DNA from: Clostridia bacterium
Lineage (GTDB): Bacteria > Bacillota > Clostridia > UMGS1883 > UMGS1540
Direction of reading: 5' to 3'
Assembly: GCA_045531205.1 (NCBI GenBank)
Contig: JAZSDN010000050.1
Location: forward strand, 6,407 to 70,406
Length of the DNA stretch: 64,000 nt
Shown here in pieces: positions 31,112-41,163 of the stretch. Position 1 is the first letter of the stretch, and the number at the start of each line of letters is the position of its first letter. Made by a program: the position numbers and the translations under genes. The notes under the pieces are model-generated. The model was not told the DNA's origin. It did not search any database and saw nothing but the letters and a program-made list of their open reading frames with translations.

Positions 31112-32633
31112 AGGATTTTCCCTCCTCATCAAAGAATATAATATCATCCTCTATAGCACTTATTTCAGCATGAAGCTTTTTAATCATTTTGGCGTGTCTT
31201 CTTCTTTCAAATAAACCAAGCGTCTGAATGGTTATAAGCGGGGTCATGGCTATCATTGCAACAATTCCGAAAGCATCTGTCATAAGATTTCCGCCTATTG
31301 CTTCGCAGGCACCCATTGCAAACGGAAGCATAAATGTTGAGGTCATAGGTCCGCTTGCAACTCCGCCCGAGTCAAACGCAATGCCCGTATAAATATTTGG
31401 TACAAAAAAGCTTATAACTAACGAAATTGTATATCCAAAAATCAAAAACGGCATTATGGAGATTCCCGTTAAAACTCTGAGCATAGAAATACCAACAGAA
31501 ACAGATACGCCAACAGAAAGTGCAACGGCAACCGATTTTTGTGAAATAGCACCGTTTGTTATTTCGCTTACCTGTCTTTTAAGAGAATGTACAGCAGGCT
31601 CGGCAGAAACTACAAAGTAACCCATAATCATACCTACGGGCACAAGCATTTCCCTGAAAGAGTCTTCCGCAAGCTTTGCACCTATAAGTCTTCCTGCCGG
31701 CATAAACCCAACATTTGCTCCTGTTAAAAACATAACCAGACCTATGTATGTGTACACAAAGCCTACAGACATTTTTATAATATTGTGTATATGCGGTTTT
31801 CTTGTCGCAACCTGAAAAATAATAAACACCAAAACAATTGGTATAAAGGCAACCAAAACCTCTTTTGCATATATAGGCAATGCATTTGCAAACTGTAAAA
31901 AAGCTTCAACTGTAGTAGTAATGCTTGTTATTTCATAAGTGCTGACGGTTGGTTGCGGTTTGTAAAAAATACTAAGCAAAAGAACTGACAAAATTGGTCC
32001 TACACTGCAAAGTGCAACCAAGCCAAAGCTGTTTTCTCCGCTGTGTTTACCCTTTTTCAAAGACGCAAGACCTGCACCTAAAGCCATTATAAAAGGTACT
32101 GTAATAGGACCTGTAGTAACACCACCCGAGTCAAACGCTGTGGGCACAAATTCCTTTGGTGCAAAAAATGCTAATCCTATAACCAGAATATAAAAGATTA
32201 AAAGCAGATTGCGAAGAGGAATATTCTTTTTATTTCTTATAAGCGTAATGCTTAAGAAAATGCCAACACCTATACCTACGCAGTTTATAAGCAGTGCATT
32301 TGGAATGGTGGGGACCTGCTCTGCAAGCACCTGCAAATCAGGCTCTGAAACAGTAATAATAAAGCCAAGAACACCGCATATAAGTAACGGAATCATAATT
32401 TTATTGCTTTTATTTAAGGATTTGCCTATTCCTTCGCCCAAAGGCTCCATAGACATACCTGAACCCACCGTAAAAAAGCTCATCCCTAAAATCAGTAAAA
32501 TCGTTCCAAATAAAAACAAAACAAGCACACCTGCATCAAGTGATACAAAGGTGACTGACAAAATAAGAACTATTATCGCTATCGGTAAAACCGAGGAAAG
32601 CGATTCTTTAATTGATGCAAAAATGTGCGTCAT
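31104..32633 (-). CDS. DUF1538-like polytopic membrane protein with internal two-fold repeat
   Basis: 509 aa, about 12 TM. Two homologous halves, each containing a ...V(S/T)xxxGA..GGN-like re-entrant-looking segment. Translationally coupled to the PII-like gene. Confidence 0.55.
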   Translation of the reverse strand: MTHIFASIKESLSSVLPIAIIVLILSVTFVSLDAGVLVLFLFGTILLILGMSFFTVGSGMSMEPLGEGIGKSLNKSNKIMIPLLICGVLGFIITVSEPDLQVLAEQVPTIPNALLINCVGIGVGIFLSITLIRNKKNIPLRNLLLIFYILVIGLAFFAPKEFVPTAFDSGGVTTGPITVPFIMALGAGLASLKKGKHSGENSFGLVALCSVGPILSVLLLSIFYKPQPTVSTYEITSITTTVEAFLQFANALPIYAKEVLVAFIPIVLVFIIFQVATRKPHIHNIIKMSVGFVYTYIGLVMFLTGANVGFMPAGRLIGAKLAEDSFREMLVPVGMIMGYFVVSAEPAVHSLKRQVSEITNGAISQKSVAVALSVGVSVSVGISMLRVLTGISIMPFLIFGYTISLVISFFVPNIYTGIAFDSGGVASGPMTSTFMLPFAMGACEAIGGNLMTDAFGIVAMIAMTPLITIQTLGLFERRRHAKMIKKLHAEISAIEDDIIFFDEEGKSYE

Positions 32634-32645
32634 TCTACAATACCT

Positions 32646-33530
32646 CTAACCTAAAAAATGTTTTACTTTTTCACTGTTTTCTTCACAGTATTCTATTTCG
32701 GAAGAATACATTCTTACAACCTCAAGCATTTCTTCAATGCTTTTGCAGCCTGCACAAATTGTTCCTAAACACCATAAGCTTACAAGAGTAAACCCTACCC
32801 CGCTTTCAAAATGGCGGAATACAAAGTAGCAGGCAAGCTGCTCAAATATAATCTGTAAATCTTCTCTTTTTAATGTATATTCACATTCAAAAAAATTAAG
32901 CTTATAAAGTTCTTTTTCCCAAACCTTATCAAGCCGCTCCAAAGATATATAAAAATCATACAGTTCTTTATTTGAAAACTCAAATTTAAGTCCGTATTTT
33001 TGTGCAAGATTTTTAAGTCTTTCAAAAATACTTATATCTCTGTTTTGTAAAATATCAAAAACTTCTTTTCGTTCTTTAAAAAAATCCTGATTTTTTGCCT
33101 CTTTCGGTACTTCAATGTTAAACTTTTCTTTTTGAGTAAGCAAAATTTTTGCCGCTTCTTCGCAGCAAAGACCTAAACCTGTTTCGGTAAAATCTTCGTA
33201 AAAGTTGGAAAATCTCGGATGCATATAACATATATCACATATAGCACCATCGCCAAGCTCAAGTATAATATCACAAAGACCTTTTTTGTTTAAAAACGGG
33301 CAACGATCCCCCTCTTTTAAAATAAAGTGAGGAACCTCTCCTTCAATATTATTGCGTATCCGTTCGCCCATTTCCCCATCAAGAGAATTATATAAATCCA
33401 TTGTGTCTTGGTCGATATCAATTTCCCAGCCTATGCAACAGCTGTGCTTGCACTTATCGGCAATACATTTGAATTTTTTATAATAATTTGGAAATACTTC
33501 AGTCATCATTTTCACATTCGCTGTCATCAA
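32646..33530 (-). CDS. Cys-rich protein with CxxxxCxxxCC motif (YkgJ/FliB-like putative Fe/Zn-chelating domain)
   Basis: 294 aa. KFKCIADKCKHSCCIGW near the N-terminus. Further Cys pairs (CPF...C; CDIC). Confidence 0.35.
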   Translation of the reverse strand: MMTANVKMMTEVFPNYYKKFKCIADKCKHSCCIGWEIDIDQDTMDLYNSLDGEMGERIRNNIEGEVPHFILKEGDRCPFLNKKGLCDIILELGDGAICDICYMHPRFSNFYEDFTETGLGLCCEEAAKILLTQKEKFNIEVPKEAKNQDFFKERKEVFDILQNRDISIFERLKNLAQKYGLKFEFSNKELYDFYISLERLDKVWEKELYKLNFFECEYTLKREDLQIIFEQLACYFVFRHFESGVGFTLVSLWCLGTICAGCKSIEEMLEVVRMYSSEIEYCEENSEKVKHFLG

Positions 33531-33933
33531 TTTCTACAAGACCGTCGGGTGTTTCTACCATATCGTGGCGATTAAGTAAAAATCTTCTTACTACAAAAAG
33601 AATTGCAATAGCTGCAACTGTAATAAGATTTTCTAAAGGTGATGCATGTCCTACTATAAGCTGACGCGCAAGAGCAAATGCTAAAACCTCAATAATTGTT
33701 TCAGGTGTGTGCTTGCAAAGCATTTTTATAAGCTCGGCACCGATGGCAAGAGTGATTGCCTTGTCCAAAACCATAACAAGCGAAGCAATTCCGTTTTCAA
33801 AAAATGAAAGATTAAACATATCAATAACTGCTTGCACCGCAAAAATCAATACTGCAACACCAACAAGTATTGAAATAACAAGTTCGATAAGATAGCTTAT
33901 TTCAAACATTTTGTCCTGAAGTTTTTTTCTCAT
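33499..33933 (-). CDS. PsiE-like small membrane protein
   Basis: 144 aa, 4 TM. Architecture and length resemble phosphate-starvation-inducible PsiE. Weak assignment. Confidence 0.35.
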   Translation of the reverse strand: MRKKLQDKMFEISYLIELVISILVGVAVLIFAVQAVIDMFNLSFFENGIASLVMVLDKAITLAIGAELIKMLCKHTPETIIEVLAFALARQLIVGHASPLENLITVAAIAILFVVRRFLLNRHDMVETPDGLVEIDDSECENDD

Positions 33934-33971
33934 ATTTTTTCTCCTATCTGTGCATTTTTTATATCATAAAA

Positions 33972-34658
33972 TCATTGAATAATTTCCGTGATTTTGCCAA
34001 GATCATCAATTTCGTATGTAACAGAAACCTCTGAAGTGTTAGGATTATGTGCAGGGTTAAACCAGCAAGTATCGATACCGGCAACAAATCCACCTTTCAT
34101 ATCACTTGTAAGGGAATCTCCAATTATCAGTACCTCGCTTTTGTTTGTTATGCCAAGTTTTTTAAACACATAATCAAAATATTCTTTGTTTGGTTTTTCG
34201 GCACCAACATTTTCTGATATAAAAATTGCATCAAAAATTTTATCAAGTCCCGACAAACGCAATTTCTTTTCCTGTGCAACTTTTGTGCCGTTTGTAACGG
34301 CAACAAGAGTATATTTTCCTTTCTGCGAAAGGAGTATATCCTCTGCTTTATCAACAAATTCTATATAGTCGCCAAGTGTTACCTGATAATCTTTGTTGAA
34401 TTCTTCTGCTATAGTAATATCCGCACCAATTATTCCAAAAAACTCGCGAAATCTTCCAACCAGAATTTCCGGCTTTGTAAGTTCATTTCTTTCAAGCTTC
34501 TGCCAGTATTTTGAATTTATTTTTGAATACAGTTTTATCATCTCATCACTGCATTCACCAATTTTATATTTTTCAAACAAAGTCCGTATTGCATAAGCCT
34601 CTGATGCAAGAAAATTCAATACTGTTCCGTCTATATCCCACAATAAATATTTGTACAT
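33972..34658 (-). CDS. HAD-superfamily hydrolase (subfamily IA, YjjG-like nucleotidase/phosphatase)
   Basis: 228 aa: LWDIDGTVLNF (DxDGT motif I) and IGDSLTSDMKGG (motif IV). Confidence 0.75.
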   Translation of the reverse strand: MYKYLLWDIDGTVLNFLASEAYAIRTLFEKYKIGECSDEMIKLYSKINSKYWQKLERNELTKPEILVGRFREFFGIIGADITIAEEFNKDYQVTLGDYIEFVDKAEDILLSQKGKYTLVAVTNGTKVAQEKKLRLSGLDKIFDAIFISENVGAEKPNKEYFDYVFKKLGITNKSEVLIIGDSLTSDMKGGFVAGIDTCWFNPAHNPNTSEVSVTYEIDDLGKITEIIQ

Positions 34659-34667
34659 AACGCTTTT

Positions 34668-35069
34668 TCACGCCTTTCGTGTGTTTTCTTGATTTTTGTA
34701 TATTACAAATTTTGAAAACAAAAATTCTAACACAAAATTTGAGAGCATTGTTATTATTAAAATTATGTAATCGTTAACCCTGGCTGTTTCTGCCAGATGT
34801 CCAAGCCATGTTGACACCGGAGTAAACACTGCGTAAAAACCAAAGAGTTTCAGCATTGCAACGGGGACATTTACAGCAGATTTAAAAGTGTATCGTCTGT
34901 TAAATGTAAAATTCCAGATTATTGATATAATCAGTGATGTAAGGTAAGCCGGCCAATACCTCCAGTCAAACAACTCGTTAAATATTGTAAATGTTGCAAT
35001 TTGTATTATCCCTGCCGATACAGAAAATAACAAAAATTTTAACATTTGAAAAACTGATTCCTTTTTCAT
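34668..35069 (-). CDS. GtrA-family membrane protein
   Basis: 133 aa, 4 TM. ...FTFNRRYTFKS, the characteristic GtrA motif. Confidence 0.7.
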   Translation of the reverse strand: MKKESVFQMLKFLLFSVSAGIIQIATFTIFNELFDWRYWPAYLTSLIISIIWNFTFNRRYTFKSAVNVPVAMLKLFGFYAVFTPVSTWLGHLAETARVNDYIILIITMLSNFVLEFLFSKFVIYKNQENTRKA

Positions 35070-35117
35070 TTTTTCTCCTTTATATCTATAAGCATATTTT
35101 ATTTTGTAAATTACAAA

Positions 35118-36080
35118 CTACATATTCCTCTCAAATATTTCGCGTACGTACTGTTTCATTTGTTCTTTGTTTGTTGCTGTATTTATAAGACATTTTGATT
35201 CTGCAGCGTTTTTAAGACCTTTAATATACCACGCCATATGTTTGCGTGCTTCTAAAATTCCTATATGCTCTCCCTTGTCTTCTATCAGCATATCAAGATG
35301 TAAAAGGGCTGTATCCATTTTTTCCTGCAAAGTTACTTTTGTGACAGGTTTGCCTTCTAAAAACTCGTTTATTTCTCTGAATATAAACGGATTACCCATA
35401 CTGCCTCTGCCAACCATTACGGCGTCACAGCCTGTTTTTTGTATCATTTCAAAAGCGTCTTTTCCGCTTTGTATATCTCCGTTTCCAATGACAGGGATAC
35501 TAACATTACTTTTAACCTCTGCTATAATTTCTCTGTCAGCCTTACCTAAGTACATTTGCTCGGTAGTTCTTCCGTGTACCGTTATTGCGGCAGCACCGCA
35601 CTCTTCGGCAATTTTTGCTATTTCAACAGCGTTTACATGCTCGCTATCTACGCCTTTTCTTATTTTTACAGTTACAGGGATTGAAACCGCTTTCGATACT
35701 TTTTCAATAATCTTGCCCGCAAGTAGCGGTGTTTTCATAAGGGCGCTTCCTTCCCCATTCTTAAATATTTTAGGTGCAGGGCATCCCATGTTAATATCTA
35801 TAATCGAAAAGTCATTTTCAATTCTTTTTGCAGTCTCTGCCATTATTTCAGGCGATGTACCGAAAATCTGTACCGCTCGCTGAATTTGTGTGTCATTTTT
35901 TCCTAAAAGCGTAAACGTTTTTTTGTCGTTATACGACATTGCTTTTGCGCTTATCATTTCGGTGTATGTAAGTCCTGCACCAAAATCACGGCAAATGGTA
36001 CGAAAAGAATAATCAGTTACCCCTGCCATGGGTGCAAGAAAAGCTATATTATTAAGTTCAATATTTCCTATTTTTATCAT
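35118..36080 (-). CDS. tRNA-dihydrouridine synthase (Dus family, DusB-like)
   Basis: 320 aa: LAPMAGVTD..., DINMGCP, catalytic Cys. TIM-barrel plus C-terminal helical domain. Confidence 0.85.
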   Translation of the reverse strand: MIKIGNIELNNIAFLAPMAGVTDYSFRTICRDFGAGLTYTEMISAKAMSYNDKKTFTLLGKNDTQIQRAVQIFGTSPEIMAETAKRIENDFSIIDINMGCPAPKIFKNGEGSALMKTPLLAGKIIEKVSKAVSIPVTVKIRKGVDSEHVNAVEIAKIAEECGAAAITVHGRTTEQMYLGKADREIIAEVKSNVSIPVIGNGDIQSGKDAFEMIQKTGCDAVMVGRGSMGNPFIFREINEFLEGKPVTKVTLQEKMDTALLHLDMLIEDKGEHIGILEARKHMAWYIKGLKNAAESKCLINTATNKEQMKQYVREIFERNM

Positions 36081-36211
36081 AAAAAACCTCTAAAATTTAT
36101 TACCTATTTATTATATAATAACTAACTGATTAAGTCAATTTATTTTTAACTTGCATTTTAAAAAAAAGTGTTGTATAATAATAGCATTATTTTTACAGAA
36201 GGTGATTTTAA

Positions 36212-37264
36212 GTGAAAGATTTTTTAAAACGCAAAGACGTCGTATTTTCTTTTAAAAGATATTTTATCGACGCCTTGGGAAGTATGGCACAGGGTCTTTT
36301 TGCCTCTTTGCTTATTGGTACAATTATAGGAACTATTGGCTCACAGCTTCATATTGAGGCACTTGTAACGGTGTCAAACTATGCAAAAGCCGCAACAGGT
36401 CCCGCAATGGCAATAGCTATAGGTGCCGCTTTAAACTCCCCTCCACTTGTTTTGTTTTCGCTTGTAACAGTTGGTCTTGCCGCAAATGAGCTTGGCGGTG
36501 CAGGCGGTCCTTTAGCCGTTTTGTTTATGACTATAATAAGTGCTGAATGCGGAAAGCTTGTAAGCAAAGAAACCAAAATAGATATTATTGTTACACCTCT
36601 TGTTACAATATGTGTTGGTGTTTTGCTTTCTGTTTTGTGTGCTAAATATATAGGTCTTGCAGCATCATGGGTTGGCAATGCAATTATGTGGGCAACAGAG
36701 CTTCATCCTTTTATAATGGGCATAATAATTTCCGTTGTAGTAGGTATTGCCCTTACATTACCTATAAGCAGTGCCGCAATATGCGCAGCACTTGGTCTTA
36801 CAGGGCTTGCAGGCGGTGCAGCTTTAGCAGGTTGTTGTGCCAACATGATAGGTTTTGCTGTAATGAGTTTTAAAGAAAATGGATGGGGCGGATTTTTTGC
36901 GCAAGGAATAGGCACAAGTATGCTCCAGATGGGAAACATTGTTAAGAATCCTAAAATTTGGATCCCTCCCATTATAGCCTCTGCAATAACAGGTCCTTTG
37001 GCAACATGCGTTTTTGGTTTACAAATGAACGGTGCCGCAGTTTCTTCAGGAATGGGTACTTGCGGTCTTGTTGGTCAGATAGGTGTTTATACAGGTTGGT
37101 TAAACGATATTGCGCAAGGACTTAAAGCTTCGGTTACTTTCTTTGACTGGGCCGGACTTATACTTATATCCTTTATACTCCCTGCAATTATTACATATTT
37201 GTTTGGTATTTTGTGCAGAAAAATCGGCTGGATAAAAGAAAACGATTTAAAACTTGATTTATAA
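36212..37264 (+). CDS. Gly/Ala-rich polytopic membrane protein (possible PTS-EIIC-like or other permease; family uncertain)
   Basis: 350 aa, about 10 TM. GTG start. No confident family call. Confidence 0.35.
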   Translation: MKDFLKRKDVVFSFKRYFIDALGSMAQGLFASLLIGTIIGTIGSQLHIEALVTVSNYAKAATGPAMAIAIGAALNSPPLVLFSLVTVGLAANELGGAGGPLAVLFMTIISAECGKLVSKETKIDIIVTPLVTICVGVLLSVLCAKYIGLAASWVGNAIMWATELHPFIMGIIISVVVGIALTLPISSAAICAALGLTGLAGGAALAGCCANMIGFAVMSFKENGWGGFFAQGIGTSMLQMGNIVKNPKIWIPPIIASAITGPLATCVFGLQMNGAAVSSGMGTCGLVGQIGVYTGWLNDIAQGLKASVTFFDWAGLILISFILPAIITYLFGILCRKIGWIKENDLKLDL

Positions 37265-37381
37265 AAAGCAGTAAAAGTTCTCTTTTTTAGAGAACTTTTA
37301 TGTCATGTAAAACATTTTTAACAATTTTACCATATCATAAGTGTAAGCAGACAAATTTCTTTTTTTGAAAGGATTTATAAA

Positions 37382-38740
37382 ATGAATATAATTATTGTAG
37401 GTTGCGGTAAAGTAGGTCAAAAAATTGCCGAAAGCCTTTCCGAAGAAAAAGCTCACAATATAAGAGTTATCGATCCAAGATACGATGTTATACAAAATCT
37501 TACAAATTACTTTGATATAATGGGTGTTGCAGGCAGCGGTGTTAATATTGAGAGTTTAAAAGATGCAGGTATAGAAGATGCCGATCTTCTTATTGCAGCA
37601 ACAGGTTCTGACGAAGTCAATATTCTAGCTTGCCTTATGGCAAAAAAACTTGGCAACTGCGGCACTATTGCCAGAGTAAGAAAGCCTGAATATGCTAAAA
37701 TAATGCATCTTTTAAAGGATGATTTAGGGCTTACACTTATTATAAACCCTGAAAGAACTGCTGCAAACGAAATTGCAAGAATACTGCGGTTCCCCTCTGC
37801 TATACAAATTGATACTTTCGCTAAGGGTAGAGTTGAAATTTTAAAATTCAAAGTGCCCGAAGATTCTGTTTTAAATAATCTTTCTGTAAGTGAAATTGTT
37901 TCAAAGCTCAACTGCGACATTTTAGTCTGCGGTGTTGAAAGAGGCGAAGATGCTTTTATTCCCAGCGGTGATTTTGTTTTAAAAAGCGGTGACCTTATAA
38001 GCATTGTTGCATCAATTCAAAACGGCACATATTTCTTCAAAAAAATAGGCATAAAAACAAACCGCGTAAAAGATACAATGATAATAGGTGGTGGTGCAAC
38101 CTCGTATTATCTTGCCGAACAGCTTATAGAAACCGGGATAAATGTTAAAATAATAGAACATAATTCCGAAAAATGCGATGCTTTGTGTGAAAATTTACCT
38201 AAAGCATCTATAATAAACGGCGACGGAACAGACGAACGTCTTTTAATGGAAGAAGGAATTGAAAAGGCTGAATCCTTTGTTTCTCTTACAAACATAGATG
38301 AAGAAAATATCCTTCTTTCGCTTTTTGCAAAAAGTAAATCAAACGCAAAAATAGTTACCAAAATCAATAAAATTGCTTATGATGAAGTCATAGACAGGCT
38401 TGATTTAGGAACAACTATTTGCCCAAAAAATATTGCAGCTGCATATATTTTGCGTTTTGTTCGTGCAATGCACAACTCCATAGGCAGCAACATAGAAACA
38501 ATGCATATTATTCTTGACGGAAAAGCAGAAGCTTTGGAATTTAACATAAAAGAAAATTCACCCGTTGCCAATATGTCACTTGAAGAATTAAAGCTTAAAA
38601 GCAATATTCTCATTGCCTGCATATCAAGAAATGGCAAGGTAATAATTCCAAGAGGTAAAGATATTCTTATGCCGGGTGATACTGTTGTTATAGTAACATT
38701 ACGTTCGGGCTTTAACGACATAAGCGATATACTTGCGTAG
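37382..38740 (+). CDS. trkA: Trk system potassium uptake protein TrkA (two RCK/NAD-binding modules)
   Basis: 452 aa: MNIIIVGCGKVGQ... and a second IIGGGATSYYLAEQL Rossmann motif. Confidence 0.85.
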   Translation: MNIIIVGCGKVGQKIAESLSEEKAHNIRVIDPRYDVIQNLTNYFDIMGVAGSGVNIESLKDAGIEDADLLIAATGSDEVNILACLMAKKLGNCGTIARVRKPEYAKIMHLLKDDLGLTLIINPERTAANEIARILRFPSAIQIDTFAKGRVEILKFKVPEDSVLNNLSVSEIVSKLNCDILVCGVERGEDAFIPSGDFVLKSGDLISIVASIQNGTYFFKKIGIKTNRVKDTMIIGGGATSYYLAEQLIETGINVKIIEHNSEKCDALCENLPKASIINGDGTDERLLMEEGIEKAESFVSLTNIDEENILLSLFAKSKSNAKIVTKINKIAYDEVIDRLDLGTTICPKNIAAAYILRFVRAMHNSIGSNIETMHIILDGKAEALEFNIKENSPVANMSLEELKLKSNILIACISRNGKVIIPRGKDILMPGDTVVIVTLRSGFNDISDILA

Positions 38741-38767
38741 CATTGTATAAAATATGAGGAAAAAGGT

Positions 38768-40207
38768 ATGAATTATAAAATTGTAAGGTATATTCTGGGG
38801 TCTGTGCTTAAAATAGAAGCATTATGTATGCTTCTCCCCCTTATATGTGCTTTTATTTATAAAGAACAAACAGAAATTTATTCTTTTTTGGCAACAATAA
38901 TATTGTGTGCTGTAATAGGATTTACTTTTGCAAGTCGTGCACCTGAAAATAAATCTATGTACGCAAAGGGTGGCTTTGTTGCTGTAGCTTTAAGCTGGTG
39001 TATTATAAGTGTTTTTGGTGCTCTCCCCTTTGTTTTATCGGGACACATTCCGAATTTTATTGATGCACTTTTTGAAACTGTTTCAGGTTTTACAACCACC
39101 GGAGCCTCTATTCTTAATACGTTGGAAAATATGCCGTATAGCCTGCTATTCTGGCGCAGTTTTACGCATTGGATAGGTGGTATGGGAGTTTTGGTGTTTC
39201 TGGTTGCTATTCTCCCTGTTGCCGGCAGCGACAATTTCTTTTTAATGAAGGCTGAAAGCCCGGGTCCTGCCGTAAGCAAGCTTGTTCCTAATGTGCGTTC
39301 AACCGCAAAAATTTTATATTTAATATATATGGCTTTTACGCTTGTTGAAATTGTTCTTCTTTTATTAGGAGGAATGACTCTGTTTGAAGCATTGACTCTT
39401 TCCTTCGGTACTGCAGGAACCGGCGGTTTTGCTATTCTTGATTCCGGTATTGCAGATTATTCATCATATTCACAAATAATTATAACAATGTTTATGATTA
39501 TTTTCGGCGTTGACTTTGCAGTTTATCATTTAATTTTAATTAAAAAAGCAAACTATGCATTTAAGTCAAATGAAGTAAGATGGTATTTAGGAATAATTTT
39601 GTCTGCAATAATAATTATAAGTATTGATTCTTTTGGATTTTTTGGTAATGTTTTTGAAACTGTAAAGCATAGTGCGTTTCAGGTAGCATCAATTATTACT
39701 ACAACAGGGTACTCGACCTACGATTTTAATACCTGGAACTCCCTTTCCAAAACAATTCTGGTTATACTAATGTTTATTGGTGCTTGTGCCGGAAGTACCG
39801 GTGGTGGTATTAAAGTTTCAAGAATTATTATTCTTATAAAAAGTGTTATAAAAGAAATTAAACTTGCTGTACATCCTAAAGCAACTGTAAAAGTAAGTAT
39901 GAACGGAAAACTTGTTGAACACGAAACTGTACGTGCTATAAATACTTTTATTGCTGCATATCTTGCTATTTTTGCTGCATCTTTGTTGATTATAAGTATT
40001 GATAATTTTGATTTTACAACAAACTTTACAGCAGTAGCCGCAACTTTAAATAATATAGGTCCAGGGCTTTCTTTGGTTGGTCCTGCAAGTAATTTTTCAT
40101 TGTTCTCGCCTTTGTCCAAAATTGTATTGATTTTAGATATGCTTATAGGAAGACTTGAAATTTTCCCGATTTTATTATTACTTTCTCCATATACTTGGAA
40201 AAAATAA
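38768..40207 (+). CDS. trkH: Potassium transporter TrkH/KtrB family
   Basis: 479 aa. Repeated selectivity-filter-like GxTTTG motifs (SGFTTTGAS, TTTGYST). Confidence 0.85.
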   Translation: MNYKIVRYILGSVLKIEALCMLLPLICAFIYKEQTEIYSFLATIILCAVIGFTFASRAPENKSMYAKGGFVAVALSWCIISVFGALPFVLSGHIPNFIDALFETVSGFTTTGASILNTLENMPYSLLFWRSFTHWIGGMGVLVFLVAILPVAGSDNFFLMKAESPGPAVSKLVPNVRSTAKILYLIYMAFTLVEIVLLLLGGMTLFEALTLSFGTAGTGGFAILDSGIADYSSYSQIIITMFMIIFGVDFAVYHLILIKKANYAFKSNEVRWYLGIILSAIIIISIDSFGFFGNVFETVKHSAFQVASIITTTGYSTYDFNTWNSLSKTILVILMFIGACAGSTGGGIKVSRIIILIKSVIKEIKLAVHPKATVKVSMNGKLVEHETVRAINTFIAAYLAIFAASLLIISIDNFDFTTNFTAVAATLNNIGPGLSLVGPASNFSLFSPLSKIVLILDMLIGRLEIFPILLLLSPYTWKK

Positions 40208-40262
40208 TTTACAAAAAAGAGCTGTAAAAAATTATTTTTTTACAGCTCTTTTCTTATATCTT

Positions 40263-41147
40263 TTAATAATTCATATATTTTTTCAACATATTCTTTTCAA
40301 AATTCAACAGATATTTTGCTTCTTCGTCAATTCTTTTTTCCGAAATGGAATCAATTAAATTGCGGTATACATGTATATCCCTGCCTACTTCTCCTCCTTC
40401 CATAACAAACGGTTCTGAGACTATTCTACCTCTATAGTTTATATCGGCAAGAGCTTTAAATATCTCGTCCCAATCAAGATGTCCTCTTCCAGGTGCTGTA
40501 CGATTATTTTCACCTGTATGAAAACTTGTAAGTTTATCTCCCACAAGTCTTATTGCATCACCTATATTATTTTCTTCAATATTCATATGATATGTGTCAA
40601 GAAGCACACCAATATTTGGGCTATCTATTTCTTCTGTATACATAAGAGCTTCTGCTGCAGTGTTAATAAGACAAGTTTCAAAACGGTTAACAGCTTCAAC
40701 ACAGTATGTAACTCCATTATCTTCGGCAGTTTTGATAATTTCTTTCATACTTTTAATGCTTTGTTCCCAATATGGACGTTTATCCCCCTGATAATTATCT
40801 GGAGTCCCCCATCCTGCATAGCTTACACCAGACAGTAATGTGCCATTCATAAACCCTATTCTTTCAACTATTCTTTTTAAATAATCAACTCCGCCAAGTC
40901 TTATTTTTTCATTCAGAGAGGATACATCATAATTTCTGTCAAGGCCAAGGCTGTATGTTAGTTCAATATTATATTCTTCGGCTAACTTAACTAAATCTTT
41001 CATGTGTTCTTTACTCATTTCAAGCAAAGGTTGTGCCTGAAATTCAAGAACATCAAACCCTATCTCGGATGCCTTTTTTATATATTTTTTATGGTCAGCA
41101 TCCCAGTTTTTCTCCCAAAAATTCATAAAAATACCAAACTTATTCAT
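40263..41147 (-). CDS. Ketose 3-epimerase (D-psicose/D-tagatose 3-epimerase family, xylose-isomerase-like TIM barrel)
   Basis: 294 aa. Strong resemblance to DPEase along the whole length: ...FEFQ/EIAA, VEAVNRFET-LINTA, LDTYHMNIEE, HTGENNR-PG-G. Confidence 0.75.
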   Translation of the reverse strand: MNKFGIFMNFWEKNWDADHKKYIKKASEIGFDVLEFQAQPLLEMSKEHMKDLVKLAEEYNIELTYSLGLDRNYDVSSLNEKIRLGGVDYLKRIVERIGFMNGTLLSGVSYAGWGTPDNYQGDKRPYWEQSIKSMKEIIKTAEDNGVTYCVEAVNRFETCLINTAAEALMYTEEIDSPNIGVLLDTYHMNIEENNIGDAIRLVGDKLTSFHTGENNRTAPGRGHLDWDEIFKALADINYRGRIVSEPFVMEGGEVGRDIHVYRNLIDSISEKRIDEEAKYLLNFEKNMLKKYMNY

Positions 41148-41163
41148 TTTATCTTACTCCTTA

